Source: Lingula anatina
Taxonomy: Eukaryota; Animalia; Brachiopoda
DNA: 64,000 nucleotides
NCBI GenBank assembly: GCA_051362555.1
Contig: CM120643.1
Coordinates: forward strand, 1,674,001-1,738,000
Direction of reading: 5' to 3'
Shown here: positions 25,829-39,500 of the stretch, one piece after another
Layout of the letters: every line of letters starts with the position of its first letter
Numbering within the stretch: the stretch's first letter is position 1
Position numbers and translations under genes: made by a program
Notes under the pieces: model-generated
What the model saw: the letters and a program-made list of their open reading frames with translations, nothing else
Database searches by the model: none
Told to the model about the DNA's origin: nothing

Positions 25829-27719
25829 CTTCAAGAGAGTCTCCTTTCTTGGCTAATGTGTAGCAGAAGGAGAAACGGCAACTGCGAAACACATTCCTCT
25901 GTTCTTCTTATTTAAACAACTTTTTAAAGGTGGGCACGCAGCGCCACGCTCCACGTTGACAAACTGAGAGTACGCATGCGCGTTCTATCTATGTGCGAAG
26001 GTTGATGCAGAGGAGTTGTGGGTTTTACAAATGAAAATAAAGATAAAAGAAACAAGTAAGAAAGAGAAAAACAGAGAGAGAGGGAAAGAAAGAAGAGAGA
26101 GAGAAGAATTTCAAGGTCCATTTCTCACTCAATATTTACTGTAAAATTCAAAATATGTTAGGCTGATCTTTTTTATGTCTTCTGCGACGACTGTTAAGTG
26201 ATCTTAGGCTCGTAGCTTGGGGGGGGGGGGTTCGAAAGGACCGCCCGTTTTGGGCCCCTCTGAGTAAAATGTTAATTTAGGTTTATGTTAATAGTTCTAC
26301 TTTTCAGAAAAAGATACTACCCTTTTGAAATTGCTAGCTACAGGAATGAATCTAGCTCAAATGTTTCATATTAATACATTTAAGTCATAAATTGCTCATC
26401 TACAATGTACTACAAAATTATCCTAGACATTAAAGAAACTTAAAATATTAAGGTCTGGGCGAAGCTGCTATATGTTATAACGGTGTTTGAATTTGCCAGT
26501 CAACCCCAATTTATGATAACGTAATATCTTTGAGGTAGCCCATCCCCGCGTCTTTTCTTTCTCAATCGACCAGTTTCATGCAATGCCTCACAATATTACG
26601 AGTACAAACTAAATGTTACCGAAGACATCGGACAAAAATAATCATACCATAAAAAGTGCTCATATTTTGTCCCCGTCCACTCACATCAACTATGAACATC
26701 AACAATCCTTGAGTATTGATGTCTTGTTGCTGCCCCCGCCTCCACCCCCCCCCCCCCCCCCAAGGAGACTTCAGAAAATCTTCGATCCATCAACTAAACC
26801 GAAAAGCCTTTCTTAGTTAAGCCACAAGAAACCCTGAAATAGAATCTAAATCGGTGATTTTACCTAATGTATGAAATATTAAGTATTTTTGAAGATATTC
26901 TAGCTTAATTAATGCGGGTGTCAGCCGTCTTAAGCAGAATTTTTTGGGTGGTTAGGTTTCGTAGGACAAATTTTTCCATCTTATAACGTTCAGGTATATT
27001 CCACACTGTGCACACGTGTCATCTTATCATTCAGAGGTTCAGTAAGAGTTGCAGTTATATGCAACTCCTACTGTATTCTTAATCATGCCATTTTTTTTTT
27101 TTTTTTGCGATTTCTGACCAATCCTATATTTCTTTAAGCCATTTCATGGTGTTGTCTGAGCTATTAAAAGAAGTGCGTTGCGGGTTTGTGATTTGTCTAT
27201 CTCTCAGTCACTCCATTATGATTCACGACAGGCAAAAATTTACTTTCAAAGGCTTTATGTTGCCATTTCTGTTTTTGTCATTGCATTGTGTATTATCTAA
27301 GATTTTAACTTGTGTTTAGGAGCTGAGGTAAAATATGATGGCAATGGGAAAGACGTCGCATATTTAATGAAGTGTTTAAGCTAGCTGACAGCATCTCTTT
27401 GTCGCAAACGTTGAACATTACACATTAAAGGCTAAAATGATTAAATGTCTTTGCCAACATTCTATCAAATTCGAGATTTCAAGTATGCTAGGAATCAAAT
27501 GAAATACTATTTATGGAAAATTGGCATTTAAGTTATTATATATATATTTTTTTTTTTCTGTTGCATATACGTACATATTTGTTTTATTTTTTACTTATTT
27601 AATTTTGTTTTACATGGAGAGCATCTAATGCTTTTAGCGCTTTGCCTCTATTTCTTTCGAATAAACATTGTTAAAAATGGGGATATGGGGATCGGGCTAG
27701 TCTTCTCTCACTTCTAACC

Positions 27720-30350
27720 TGATACTGAAGTTTTTTTACGATACATACATACTTGTAAGCTGTTTCATAGTGTTGTTTGAGCTATTGAAATCGGTGGGTT
27801 GCAAGTTTCTTATTTGCCCTGGCGTACGTAACTTTTCCCATCCCTCAGTCCGTTATGATTCATGAGTAGCAAAATCTGTTTTCAACTGCCATATGTTGCC
27901 ATTTCTTTTTTGACAGTGTATTCGGTTTCATGTGAAGATTTTAATTAGTGTTTAAGAGGTAAGGTACAATATGATAGAAATAGCAAAGACGTCGCATATT
28001 TAATGAAGAGATTGAGCCAGAAAGCTTCTTCTGTGGTAAACGTTGACCATAAAACCCTCAATGGCGAAATAATTAAATCAACTTTCTTACGTTCTATCAA
28101 ATTCGAGATTAAATGTATCTTACGTGTCAAATGAAACTCTGCATTTGTGGAAAATCAAAATTTAATCACGTTTCTGAAATCATACAATTGATTGAAAAGC
28201 AATATGATATTTTAGAAGTGACGGGCCTAAATAAACTCTAGAGTTTTTTACATGTATACTTAGCATTTCAAAGTAAGCATTTAATATCCATTTTATATTG
28301 TCACCGTTATCATTATAGTGTTTTAAGAGCTATATAATATTTTAAAATATGACAAGTCCATAGATACTCTAGAAATACTTATCGTTTCTCATATTTTCAT
28401 AATGTTCTTTTTATCTCCTCGGCCAGTGAATATACATGTCTTATATTTTGATGTCAGTGGCCTCTTTTCCTTCTAATAAACGTTAATACAAGCTGAATAG
28501 ATTGGTTTAGTATCAAATATTACTTAAAATACTCGAGTAACATACTTGTAAAATGCGTCACTCTTCTACATGTAGAAGCTACCTCTCACTCTTATCCATA
28601 TACTGAATTTAAAATTTAGCAGATTAAATGTCATTTTCATCATCAAATGTAGGATATTAGAGAAAAATGGACTTTCATTCCAGATTTCCTTCATCCCCCA
28701 CCCCTAGCAAACACCAATTCAAAGTCGTTGGGAAGCGGGCCAGTCAAGACTGATACTGAAGCCTCTTTACAATACACACATACTTGTAAGCTGTTTCATA
28801 ATGCTGTTTCAGCTATTGAAGAGGTGCGTGGCGAATGTCTTATTTTCCCTGGCGTACGTAGTTTTCCCCCTCCCCAGTCAGCCCGTGATGATTCATGAGT
28901 AGCAAAATCTGTTTGCAAATACCATATGTTGCCATTTCTTTTTTGACAGTGTATTCCGTTTCATCTGAAGATTTTAATTAGTGTTTTAGAGGTTGGGTAA
29001 AATATGATGGAAATAGCAAAGACGTCGCATATTTAATGAAGAGATTGAGCCAGAAAGCTTCTTTTGTGGTAAACGTTCACCATAAAACCCTCAATGGCGA
29101 AATAATTAAATCAACTTTCTTACGTTCTATCAAATTCGAGATTAAATGTATCTTACGTGTCAAATGAAACTCTGCATTTGTGGAAAATCAAAATTTAATC
29201 ACGTTTCTGAAATCATACAATTGATTGAAAAGCAATATGATATTTTAGAAGTGACGGGCCTAAATAAACTCTAGAGTTCTTTACATGTATACTTAGCATT
29301 TCAAAGTAAGCATTTAATATCCATTTTATATTGTCACCGTTATCATTATAGTGTTTTAAGAGCTATATAATATTTTAAAATATGACAAGTCCATAGATAC
29401 TCTAGAAATACTTATCGTTTCTCATATTTTCATAATGTTCTTTTTATCTCCTCGGCCAGTGAATATACATGTCTTATATTTTGATGTCAGTGGCCTCTTT
29501 TCCTTCTAATAAACGTTAATACAAGCTGAATAGATTGGTTTAGTATCAAATATTACTTAAAATACTCGAGTAACATACCTGTAAAATGCGTCACTCTTCT
29601 ACATGTAGAAGCTACCTCTCACTCTTATCCATATACTGAATTTAAAATTTAGCAGATTAAATGTCATTTTCATCATCAAATGTAGGATATTAGAGAAAAA
29701 TGGACTTTCATTCCAGATTCCCTTCATCCCCCACCCCTAGCAAACACCAATTCAAAGTCGTTGGGAAGCGGGCCAGTCAAGACTGATACTGAAGCCTCTT
29801 TACAATACACACATACTTGTAAGCTGTTTCATAATGCTGTTTCAGCTATTGAAGAGGTGCGTGGCGAATGTCTTATTTTCCCTGGCGTACGTAGTTTTCC
29901 CCCTCCCCAGTCAGCCCGTGATGATTCATGAGTAGCAAAATCTGTTTGCAAATACAATATGTTGCCATTTCTTTTTTGACAGTGTATTCCGTTTCATCTG
30001 AAGATTTTAATTAGTGTTTTAGAGGTTGGGTAAAATATGATGGAAATAGCAAAGACGTCGCATATTTAATGAAGAGATTGAGCCAGAAAGCTTCTTTTGT
30101 GGTAAACGTTCACCATAAAACCCTCAATGGCGAAATAATTAAATCAATGTTTCTACCTTCTATTAAATTCGAGTTTAAATGTATCTTACGTGTCAAATGG
30201 AACGCTACATTTGTGGAAAATCAAAATTTAAATCACGTTTCTGAAATCATTCAAGCGATTTAAAAGCAATATGATATTTTAGAATTTGACGGGCCTAAAT
30301 ATCCTCCAGAAATATATTTTATACCTAGCATTTCAAAATAAGCATTAAAC
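27720..30350. repeat. Tandem duplication, 1033-bp unit, ~2.5 copies
   Basis: ATTGAGCCAG at 28011, 29044 and 30077 (period 1033). The stretches 28010-29040 and 29044-30075 are almost identical. Confidence 0.92.
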
Positions 30351-32679
30351 TTTCTCAGTCAGTCTTTCCACATCTGTCTTCACCTCTTGATTTGCACAAA
30401 CCTTAGTCCTATCTTTCATTATAGTTTATATTTTCAAGTACATTTAAACTAAAAACGTTGTCCATTCATCATAAAATAAGAACCTATTTACATGCATACA
30501 GAATACATCAAACTCGGTATACCTTACCCCTCCCTCGTGGTAATTTATTTCAATAGTTTTAAAAAGTTAAATATTTTTAATGTATTATATTAAATGGCAA
30601 TCTGTTGTAAGGTACAGTATTAAAGTGCAGACGGTTCGTGCCATGTTTCTTATCAAGCCATTTAAGTTATCTGTTACCGTATTAACCTATCTGATGAGGG
30701 AGAAATTTACCTGTACTGGAAAAACAGCTCTTGTATTTGGATGTCACTTGTGAAGCTGATGAGTGGTTTGAAAGCTGTGGTTTTGTTCACCTCGTAGATT
30801 CATCAGAATTTTTTTCACGTGCGAATGCAGTATACTTTTCTGATTTTTAGGGATAAGTAAGTCGCTATTTTTATTGACACAACTTCATTTTACATTTTTC
30901 CGGAAATGCTGAATAACTAAAATGTAACAGCTCCAAATAATTCAGGAAGCTGAGTAGATTGCATGGGTTTTGGACAATGTATTTAGTAAAATTACTTCAA
31001 AGGTCCACAAATAGGGCCATAGTACAAGGTGAATAGATTGGGTTAGTATCAAATATTACTTAAAAACATCAAGTAACATAAATTGAGTAACATAAATTGA
31101 GTACCTCTCACTCTTTTACATAAACTATTAAACTGAACAATTTAGCAGATTTAATGTCATTTCCATCGTCGCATGTATGACATTAGAGAAAAATGGACCT
31201 ATTCCTGTTACCCTTCACCCCCCACCCCCCACCCACCCCCATCCCCACCACCCACCCCTAGCAAACACCAATTCAGAGCTGTTATATCTTTAGACGTTTT
31301 ATCTTACAGGATTCAACCTGACATTTCTATCATCTAACATCGGTTATCAATATCTCAAAAAAAGAAAAACAAAGATAAAATAAGACCAAAATAACTTGTT
31401 TCTGTTTAGTCTTTCCACATCTGTTTTCTCCCACTTGGTTTTCACATGAGCTTCTTCATTGTCATCACTTCATTAATCACAGTAACTGTCTTTTATCATA
31501 CAGAAGAAAACATCTACTATACGTGTATGCAGGTCACGTCAAAATGGCTCTGCTTCCCTCCTGGTTATTTAGCACATTCTTTTCATGAATATTTTCCCTC
31601 CTATCTCAAAGAAATCTTCGTTGTAGATACAGAATACAAATGTAGATGAAATGGAACAGATCAGAGTCATATTACGCCATAAGAGCAATCTGTTACTGGG
31701 TTAACCTAATTGTGGCTAGTGAGAAAATTCATCAGCAGCTACGTGCTGGTGTAATATACTGCTTTTATATTGTATGATATAACATCAGTGAAGCAGGCAT
31801 CAGTTTGTCAGAAATTGACTGTCTTCTAGTGGTAAATTCTTCGTATGATTCACTGGATGTTCAGATAATTTTGAGAAATGTAATATATCAAAGTATTTTC
31901 TTAAAAAGATTCACCAGTAAACCTAATTTTTACAGAAATTGGGTTTGCAGCCATTATTACACCATAATGCATAAGAATGTCATAAACTCTGCCATAACCG
32001 TATAATTACTCAAACAAATAATACAGTATGAATGCTTGCCTTGTTTCCCTGAATAGCATGGTGTAACGCGTAAATACATTCACTTACTGAACGTGGGATA
32101 ACTTCACCAAAAAAATCCACCATTTTAACTCCTTACTACTGCATATAGAATTACGATAGATGGCAGTGTTGTAGTGTCCTCTGTTAGCATATTGTCCCGA
32201 TTACAGCCTCATAGACACTGCCACTATCTGACAGAGATTGTCGCAACTTTTAATGTCAAAGATTTCTTCTCTTCAGACATGGTATTTTAAGCATTTCCTC
32301 TAAGTAATGTTACTAATTACAGTACAAATTTATGGTACAACTGCAGAACCAAGAATATAATTAATTTAACAGATAAACTTTGACTCTAAGAAAACCAGAA
32401 TGAAAAGTCTGATTTTTTTTTTTTTTTTGGGGGGGGGGTCATGTAATAAATGTGAATAAATGGTATTAAATATTGATATCTTCACCGCTAGTTTGTATTT
32501 TGTGTACCACTAACCATGTTACTTATTGTATGTGGAATGAAATCACTAGTTTCGCCTGAGACGGGTTGATTTATAAATTAAAGCACATCAATGCTGTATT
32601 TGTTTATTGACTTTATTCTGTTCATTTTACCAATGTAAAGTCTATTGAACATTTTAATTGATTTCAGACTATAAATAGA

Positions 32680-32707
32680 TATTATTATTATTATTATTAT
32701 TATTATA

Positions 32708-32752
<45 letters not shown>
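32680..32752. repeat. (TAT)n microsatellite
   Basis: Direct reading. Confidence 0.9.
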
Positions 32753-32754
<2 letters not shown>

Positions 32755-33935
32755 AATGACAAAAGTAACACGGACAACAACAAATGAGAACTTGGACTAA
32801 CAAAAGGTATACGTAACCAAAGGCAACAAGTTTAATTAACTCAATAAGAATGAGTACTGAAAATGGGGAAGGCAAAGTGCAATTTGATTTATATAACTAT
32901 AACTAATTAAAATTATTGAATACTGGATCTATGTGATTTACATAATTTTTATTTAAACAAAATATTGGATTTCGATTAAAATAATTGTCCAGTTAATTAT
33001 GTCGATAGGTTCATTTTACTTTTTCATGTTATTTTTTATTTGTTTATTTATTTATTTATTCATTTATTTATTTATTTATTTCAATAGAAGACAGAAGGTT
33101 ACAGACTACTTATGCCACAGAAGACAATTTTTTAGTTGTGTTAAAAAGTAGTGGTCTTTATGAGGGTTATTGTAATACCATGTAATTGAATCATTTACTG
33201 AATTCCATAAGAATGGGTTCCCATGCCTAGATCGATCCATCTGGATCGGTCTAACTCCCTGGGGAGTCTCACTAAAATGATATCAACTTAACCAGCTTAA
33301 ATGTCTGTCACGCCTATCGGATCAGCTAGAGGGTAAAGAGAATTACCCCTAACAGCTTTACTAGGCGTGAAAGATATTTAAGCCGGTTGTGGGAATGGTC
33401 CTTAAGAATACGGACAATAATCACTGTTGGGGTTAACTGTAGAATCAATTATTATTATTTAAATATGACATATTAGATGGATTGATTTGTTTGACAATTC
33501 TGAATGCACGAAATATTAGTCTGCTCTCAGAACTGAAATACATAAAATCATAAAATGAACGAAATTATCCAGAGGGTAAAAATGTTGACACCTATGTTTT
33601 ATTCTCTTGTGGATCCATGTGGGAAGAAGCAGCAGTGGGACGGCAGAGTGGGGAAATATTTTAGAGAATCCACCTGTCAAGTCGATGCCAGCATGTAACA
33701 CAACTGCAAACTAATCGTTGATCAATTTTGCATGAGATTCAGGCTTTGATTGTAGTGTGTGCTGCTATTGTATCAAGTGTTATCGCAGATGCAGATTGTG
33801 TTTTCTTCGTTTCATCTAACGCAATGACCGTCACCGCACGTATACCACAATTTGTGCCACAAACACAACGGTTTCAATTATTTATCAGTGAGAGTTTTTT
33901 ATGTATTTGATCTTAAATAAACTGATCTTAAATAA

Positions 33936-33937
<2 letters not shown>

Positions 33938-33970
<33 letters not shown>

Positions 33971-34500
33971 CATTGATCTTCTGTGCCAGTATAATTCATG
34001 CACAATAATGGGGGGGGGGGGGGAGCAGAGAGAGGCGGCAGTGACTGATAGCACCCCTCTCTCAATGCCACGTGGCACAGAGAATCCTCCCGTACAAATC
34101 ATACAGCCACCAAAAGCAGTCGCCGCCAGCAAACAGCACAAGTGCAAAATAATCGTTGATTTATTTTCACGAAATTTAGATTTTAATTGTTGCTGTAAGT
34201 GTATGCTGGTATTTTATCAAGGGTTATCGCAGTTTATTGTTATTGTGTTTTTTACTTCTCATCTAACGCAATGACCTCCGCCGCTTGTTTAACATAATTT
34301 CCGGTTTCAATTAATTCTCAATGAGAGTTAAGTGAATATTTATATAATTTTGAATAAAATTATATATGTGCGTGTGTTTCATTGTTCTTCAATGCCAGTA
34401 TAATTCATGCAGAAGAACGGGGGTGCGGACGGGAAACGAGGGGTGGGCGGTGACGGATACATGTAGCACCCCTACTTTTCAGTGACACATATGGTACTGA
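33938..34500 (-). repeat. Two copies of a ~150-bp dispersed repeat with a (CA)n tail; inverted copies at 48020-48450
   Basis: GCCAGTATAATTCATGCA...GCACCCCT at about 33985 and 34394. Reverse complements at about 48030-48120 and 48300-48450. Confidence 0.65.
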
Positions 34501-36518
34501 AAGCCAAGTCTGGTTAATATATAAAGAAGATGGGGAGTGGAGTGTTAGCAGCCAACAGGCATTCATTTTAATTTTGAGAACCTCCCCCCACAAACACACT
34601 TATTTTTTTTTTCAAAACTGATGTCTCCCAGGCACCATTGGCAACGACAGCAGTTTTAACTGTTTTACCAAATTGATAAGAATATAAAATCATGGTTGAT
34701 TACTATTATTCATAAAACGCCATTCTCTCTAGTGAACCATGAACTCACTTGACCACATACACATGCACCTTAGTAGAAAATGGGAGGGTGAATTTGGTTT
34801 ATTTTATTTGTTTTACTGAAATCTTCTTCTTTATGGTGATTTCATCAAAGGTATGCCTTAAAATGAGGCTTAAAGTTTTACTTGTTGCAATTGAACATTT
34901 TTTCATTTAATTTTGGTATTAGCCCTCAACTGGCTGCGTACCGCAGAATTTATCAATAAGTTTTTACATCGTCAGGAAGGGGCAATGGGCACGTGCCCTT
35001 CCCTCAGCTTCTGAGCTATCTTTTCTTGCCTTTTGAAAAGGGAACCTAACGACAAAAAGAAGCATTTTTCTGTCAAATTAGTATAGCAATATCGCCGTTG
35101 TCTGTTTGTAATTTTTCATACTGATGACTCCCCTTCCCTCCCCTAAGATCCGACATAAAGTTGTACCCTAGCCCTCTCTTACCAAAAAAAAACAATAAAA
35201 GAAAAGAAATGAATCGTCCATGGAACCAGTTCTGACGTTGTACCGGAAGGACCTATTTTGTACTCGATCAAACTTTGAACGAAGATGTTTTTTATATAAA
35301 AACTTAAGACCAATTACAAAAAAATTCAAAGGAATTCCTCATGCGTCCTCCCCTTTAACTTAATTAAAACAAACTACAGATATTTGATATCACTGACATC
35401 ATTTAATAACAATTTTGAAGCCACAAGCACTGCGAAGCGACTTGAAGAAGAATATAAATCACAAATTAAAACGACAAATACATTTTGAAGCTATTGTCAC
35501 TACATCTTACTCAATTTAAATCACGTGTCCACCAGGTGAACGCCATTGAACAAAACTTGTGAAAATTATGAAAAGTACTAGAAGTACTTTTTTGCGACAC
35601 ATTAAATATGTTTTAAGTGCCAAATTCGTTTTTCTCTGTCATGATCAGTCTTGTGTTCGGAGATTTCTCCAAATTTGTTTACATCCTCGAAATAATGTCA
35701 TACACCTGTTACAGCCAAATGATTAACTGAACCTTCTTTACAAAAACCCACATGCAATAATTTGCACTTCAAGGCATAAAATACCTCGATCAATGTCAAA
35801 ATGAAAAACAAACAAACAAATAATAGAATAGTTATCGTAGAACCGAAAGAGTCGCGTGCACCCCTACAAATGTCAGTTTCATTGTCCATGATTTCGTTCC
35901 TTTTTGTGAATTTTCGACTCTCCAATAGACGTTCGGCAAAGAACGATAAGTGTGCGAGTCAAAAATCAGTTTGTCTCAATACTGTTAGTCAATAGTTATA
36001 AAGATTCCATCGGAATAGGGTTTAAAAGTCTAAGTGACATGGTCCGTAAGTAACCCTATGTCCAAGTCAACGGCTGCGAAACATGAAATGGCGTCCAGCG
36101 CTTCCCGTGTTCCACATAAACATCACTGACTGGAGAAAGAAGACACAGTTTGTACAGAGTTGGTTGGTTGATTGGTTCTTTGGTCATCACGCCATGGATC
36201 GTCGAGTAATATCTGGTTTAAAGAGAGATGAGACAAAGATTATATATTTACCGGTGTCTGTCATTATTTATGTAAGGGAGAACAAAAGGCTGAAAAATCA
36301 GGTTACAAAATTAATGGTTTTAAATCTGATTAGTCGGGTGTGAAATAAGTTTTTTAGGAAAAAAAAACTTTTTCCGGGGTATGCCACGTGTGTGTGTTTT
36401 TGTGGGTGAGAGAGAGAGAAAGAGAGAGAGAGAGAGTAACTTCAGCGATCTTGTGGGTATAACTTATAGATATTCCAGATAAAATACAATCTACTTACGT
36501 CATCGGTGTCGTGTGCTA

Positions 36519-39500
36519 TTAGGGGAATCTCCTAAACGGAGCGGTCACCTGTGGCCACCTGTCAAGAATCACTACATCGTTCGCTGGATCTCTGTCCCAA
36601 TCTCCACATATCCCTGCTATCCTGGATTGCCAGATCGGAGGAATGTGAATCTGGAGACAGTGTCGGGCCACAAGTATATAAATGTCGAACAGGACGCGTG
36701 GCAGGAGTATGCAACGAACCTGAATGTACCAATCGCCATCTTTCTCAATTATTGAGATGTTAAAACCGCTCCCTACGTACTTTACACCAGGTACCACACT
36801 ATCAGGACCAAGACTTTCATAAAGGACCGCTATCGGACCAACTACATAATCATTTCCGACCTGCAATAATAATAATAAAATCCCGATAGTGTTATCTTCC
36901 GTAAAAATAAACATAAAATTTATAACTAGAAATGACTCAGATAGCGCAATTTCTGCCAAAACAAACAATAAAGTTATAACTGAATTATTAGTTTTAATTA
37001 ATTGAAATTAACGGATCATCACCACATTTAAACATGTCTGTCTTCGTTCATGTCTGATTTCTCCTGAAAATTTCATGAAATTGGCCAATTTCGTACCTAT
37101 CCTGAAAATTTAATTTTAAATGATGAACTGATCAATGGATCCTATCATCAAATTCTGATCATTTTTCCTGGGCCCATTTGATACCTATTCTGCAAATTTT
37201 ATCAATTAATTATCATTAATTTTAATTCATAAACGGACCACCTAGATCTGTTTTAATTAGAATTATTCTCTTGTGCTATTTGTGACCTATCCTGAAAATT
37301 TCATCAAAATTTGTTTATTACTTTTTGCGTTATGTATGTAAGTCAAACAAACAATAAAAAAGAGCATTAAGCTGTTTAGATCTTGCGCTCATAATAAATA
37401 AAAAAGGGAAATTTTGTTATCATTCCGGGAGTCGAAACTTATATATACATGCGTTTCCTGGCGAATACGTGGCAGGAGAGTTACGGGAATACGAATAAAG
37501 GAAACCGGAGGAGACAGGATTGTGCCGGAACTGTAACGTCATGTGACGTCAAGTGGTGGAAGACGTGAAGCTGAGTGATCATTTTTAGCTGGAGGTGAAT
37601 GGGAGTGAAGATGTGGGCTCAGAGAGAGAAAAAAAGGCGGTTTTACAACAACACGGTACGATAACATTTTTTTGACGTTTTGGAGATATAAGGGTCGGAA
37701 AATTAGCACCATTGAGCATTGTTATGAGGTACCGCAATTTCGTAACCATAAGTCAAATAAAAAAAAAACGGACACCACTTCCAGTGTTGCGCTTGATATG
37801 CTCTACTAAACGCAACAAAGAGATGTCTATAGCTTTCACGATTCTAGAATAAGAAAAAGTATTTGGTGTAGGCAATAATGGCCATTTCCTTCCGGAAAAT
37901 GCACCGAGTGACCTTTAAAAGTTCGGTCACATACTTGTCCCGATAACTTTTCAGGGAAAAATGGAAATGATATGATGAAAATTACGGTCTTTACAGTGCG
38001 AACAAACATACAAACAAACATACATACATGTAAACAAACAAGCAGGATGACCAACATACTTCGGAATAGAAATCTGGAGTATCAAACAATAAACACATTC
38101 AATAACGGTAAAAAAAACTAACTCCTCCTCTGTAGGAGGTTATAATAAGTATACACTTGTTATCGTTATCAGTTTCTATTACCCGATATATATGGCAACC
38201 ATATATACATCGAGTACAATTTTTTTGTAGCTGAATTGCTCACGGGATACAAGTGATGTTCTTAACTTTGGAAGTAGTATATAAAGTGTCCTGAGAGAGA
38301 GAGAGAGAGAGAGGGCAGAGGAGGAAGAGAGAAGAGGAAGAGAAAACGTACCGTTATTCTGTACAGTCCATCTGGATTCGAAGTCTTTTTGTAGTCAACG
38401 ATCACGAAGTAAGAAAAGATCTTGAATTTCACTGCTGACAGACGAGTCTTCAGGGTGTCATCAAAGAATTCTTGTCTTGTTATTACATACCAAAACCAGG
38501 TTATTATAGACTTTGCCATGATACCGTAAACGTTGGTCGGGGTGTTATATTTGAAGACTCTCCCATCACACGTTACATAGCGGACATCACCATGCGCATG
38601 GCATTCACAAGGGGGGATTGGCGCTGAAATGGACAGGGGCAACTTGAAAGATAAAGGAACACTAATTTGGATACGTTCCAGTGCCTCCATAATAGCTTCA
38701 CCGTCAGCATTAAAGGGTATCCTTAAAAGTGAACGATACGCAAGACAGTACATCAAAAGAGGAATTTGGAAAGTAAAAACTTCTGTATTGAAAAGCTATG
38801 GGACAAATGGTATTTAAGACAGCTAACGCAATCCAGATTTCCTGAAGTATATTATCTTTGAGTCTTTCGGGTTTCTTTGTTAAGGAGCTGTTGGTCAACT
38901 ACCAGGTATTTAAATTGCATCAGCAATTAGTAAACTTGGCTACTGATGATACTTAATTTGGAAGACTTTTGATACGATCTCTACCACTTGTGGCGGCATC
39001 ACATCTCTTGTCACCAAAGTTAGTCAGAAAGTCATGGAAGACCGTCACAGACAAAGTAAGAAGATCGCCAGCAGGGGCGGATTTAGGCCGTCTTCTGGGT
39101 CTTCCGGAAGACAGTTAGATTTTCATGTTTACATTGACAGGTATCTAATTCTTTTCTGCTGGAAGACGATCAAAATTAGAGGATGAATTAACAAAGATAA
39201 TTTGGAAGACTGTCAGTAAATAGCTCTGGATCCGCCCCTGGCCAGATCCTTTTATTGTGCATCCCACGGCAACATACTGAGGCATAACGAAAATTGCCCA
39301 ACTCTGTTCAACATAACCTTCTCTTACTTCACTGCATTCAGAATGTAGCTCAGCTGACTGTCGAAAACCCTTGGTTTGTATGTCGTCACAGGTCCACGTG
39401 ACCAAGATTTGTTGCTTCATTGTTGCATATTGAGATGAGGTTTTCTAAAACGCTTTTTTCTACGTATAAACTGTTTTCATACTATTTATAGGGTGGTAAC

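Noticed and set aside
32669-32875. Poly-Asn ORF
   Set aside because: Translation of the (TAT)n microsatellite.
35698-36343. ORFs in the conserved region downstream of paralog C
   Set aside because: Frames are broken by indels in the paralog B copy, so the conservation is non-coding (3' UTR/flank).
38624-38756. N-terminal extension of the exon 2 ORFs (MEALERIQISVPLSFKLPLS; also 24087-24153)
   Set aside because: Intronic. The phase-compatible acceptor conserved in all three paralogs is ccatttcag|, and paralog A has deleted most of this stretch.
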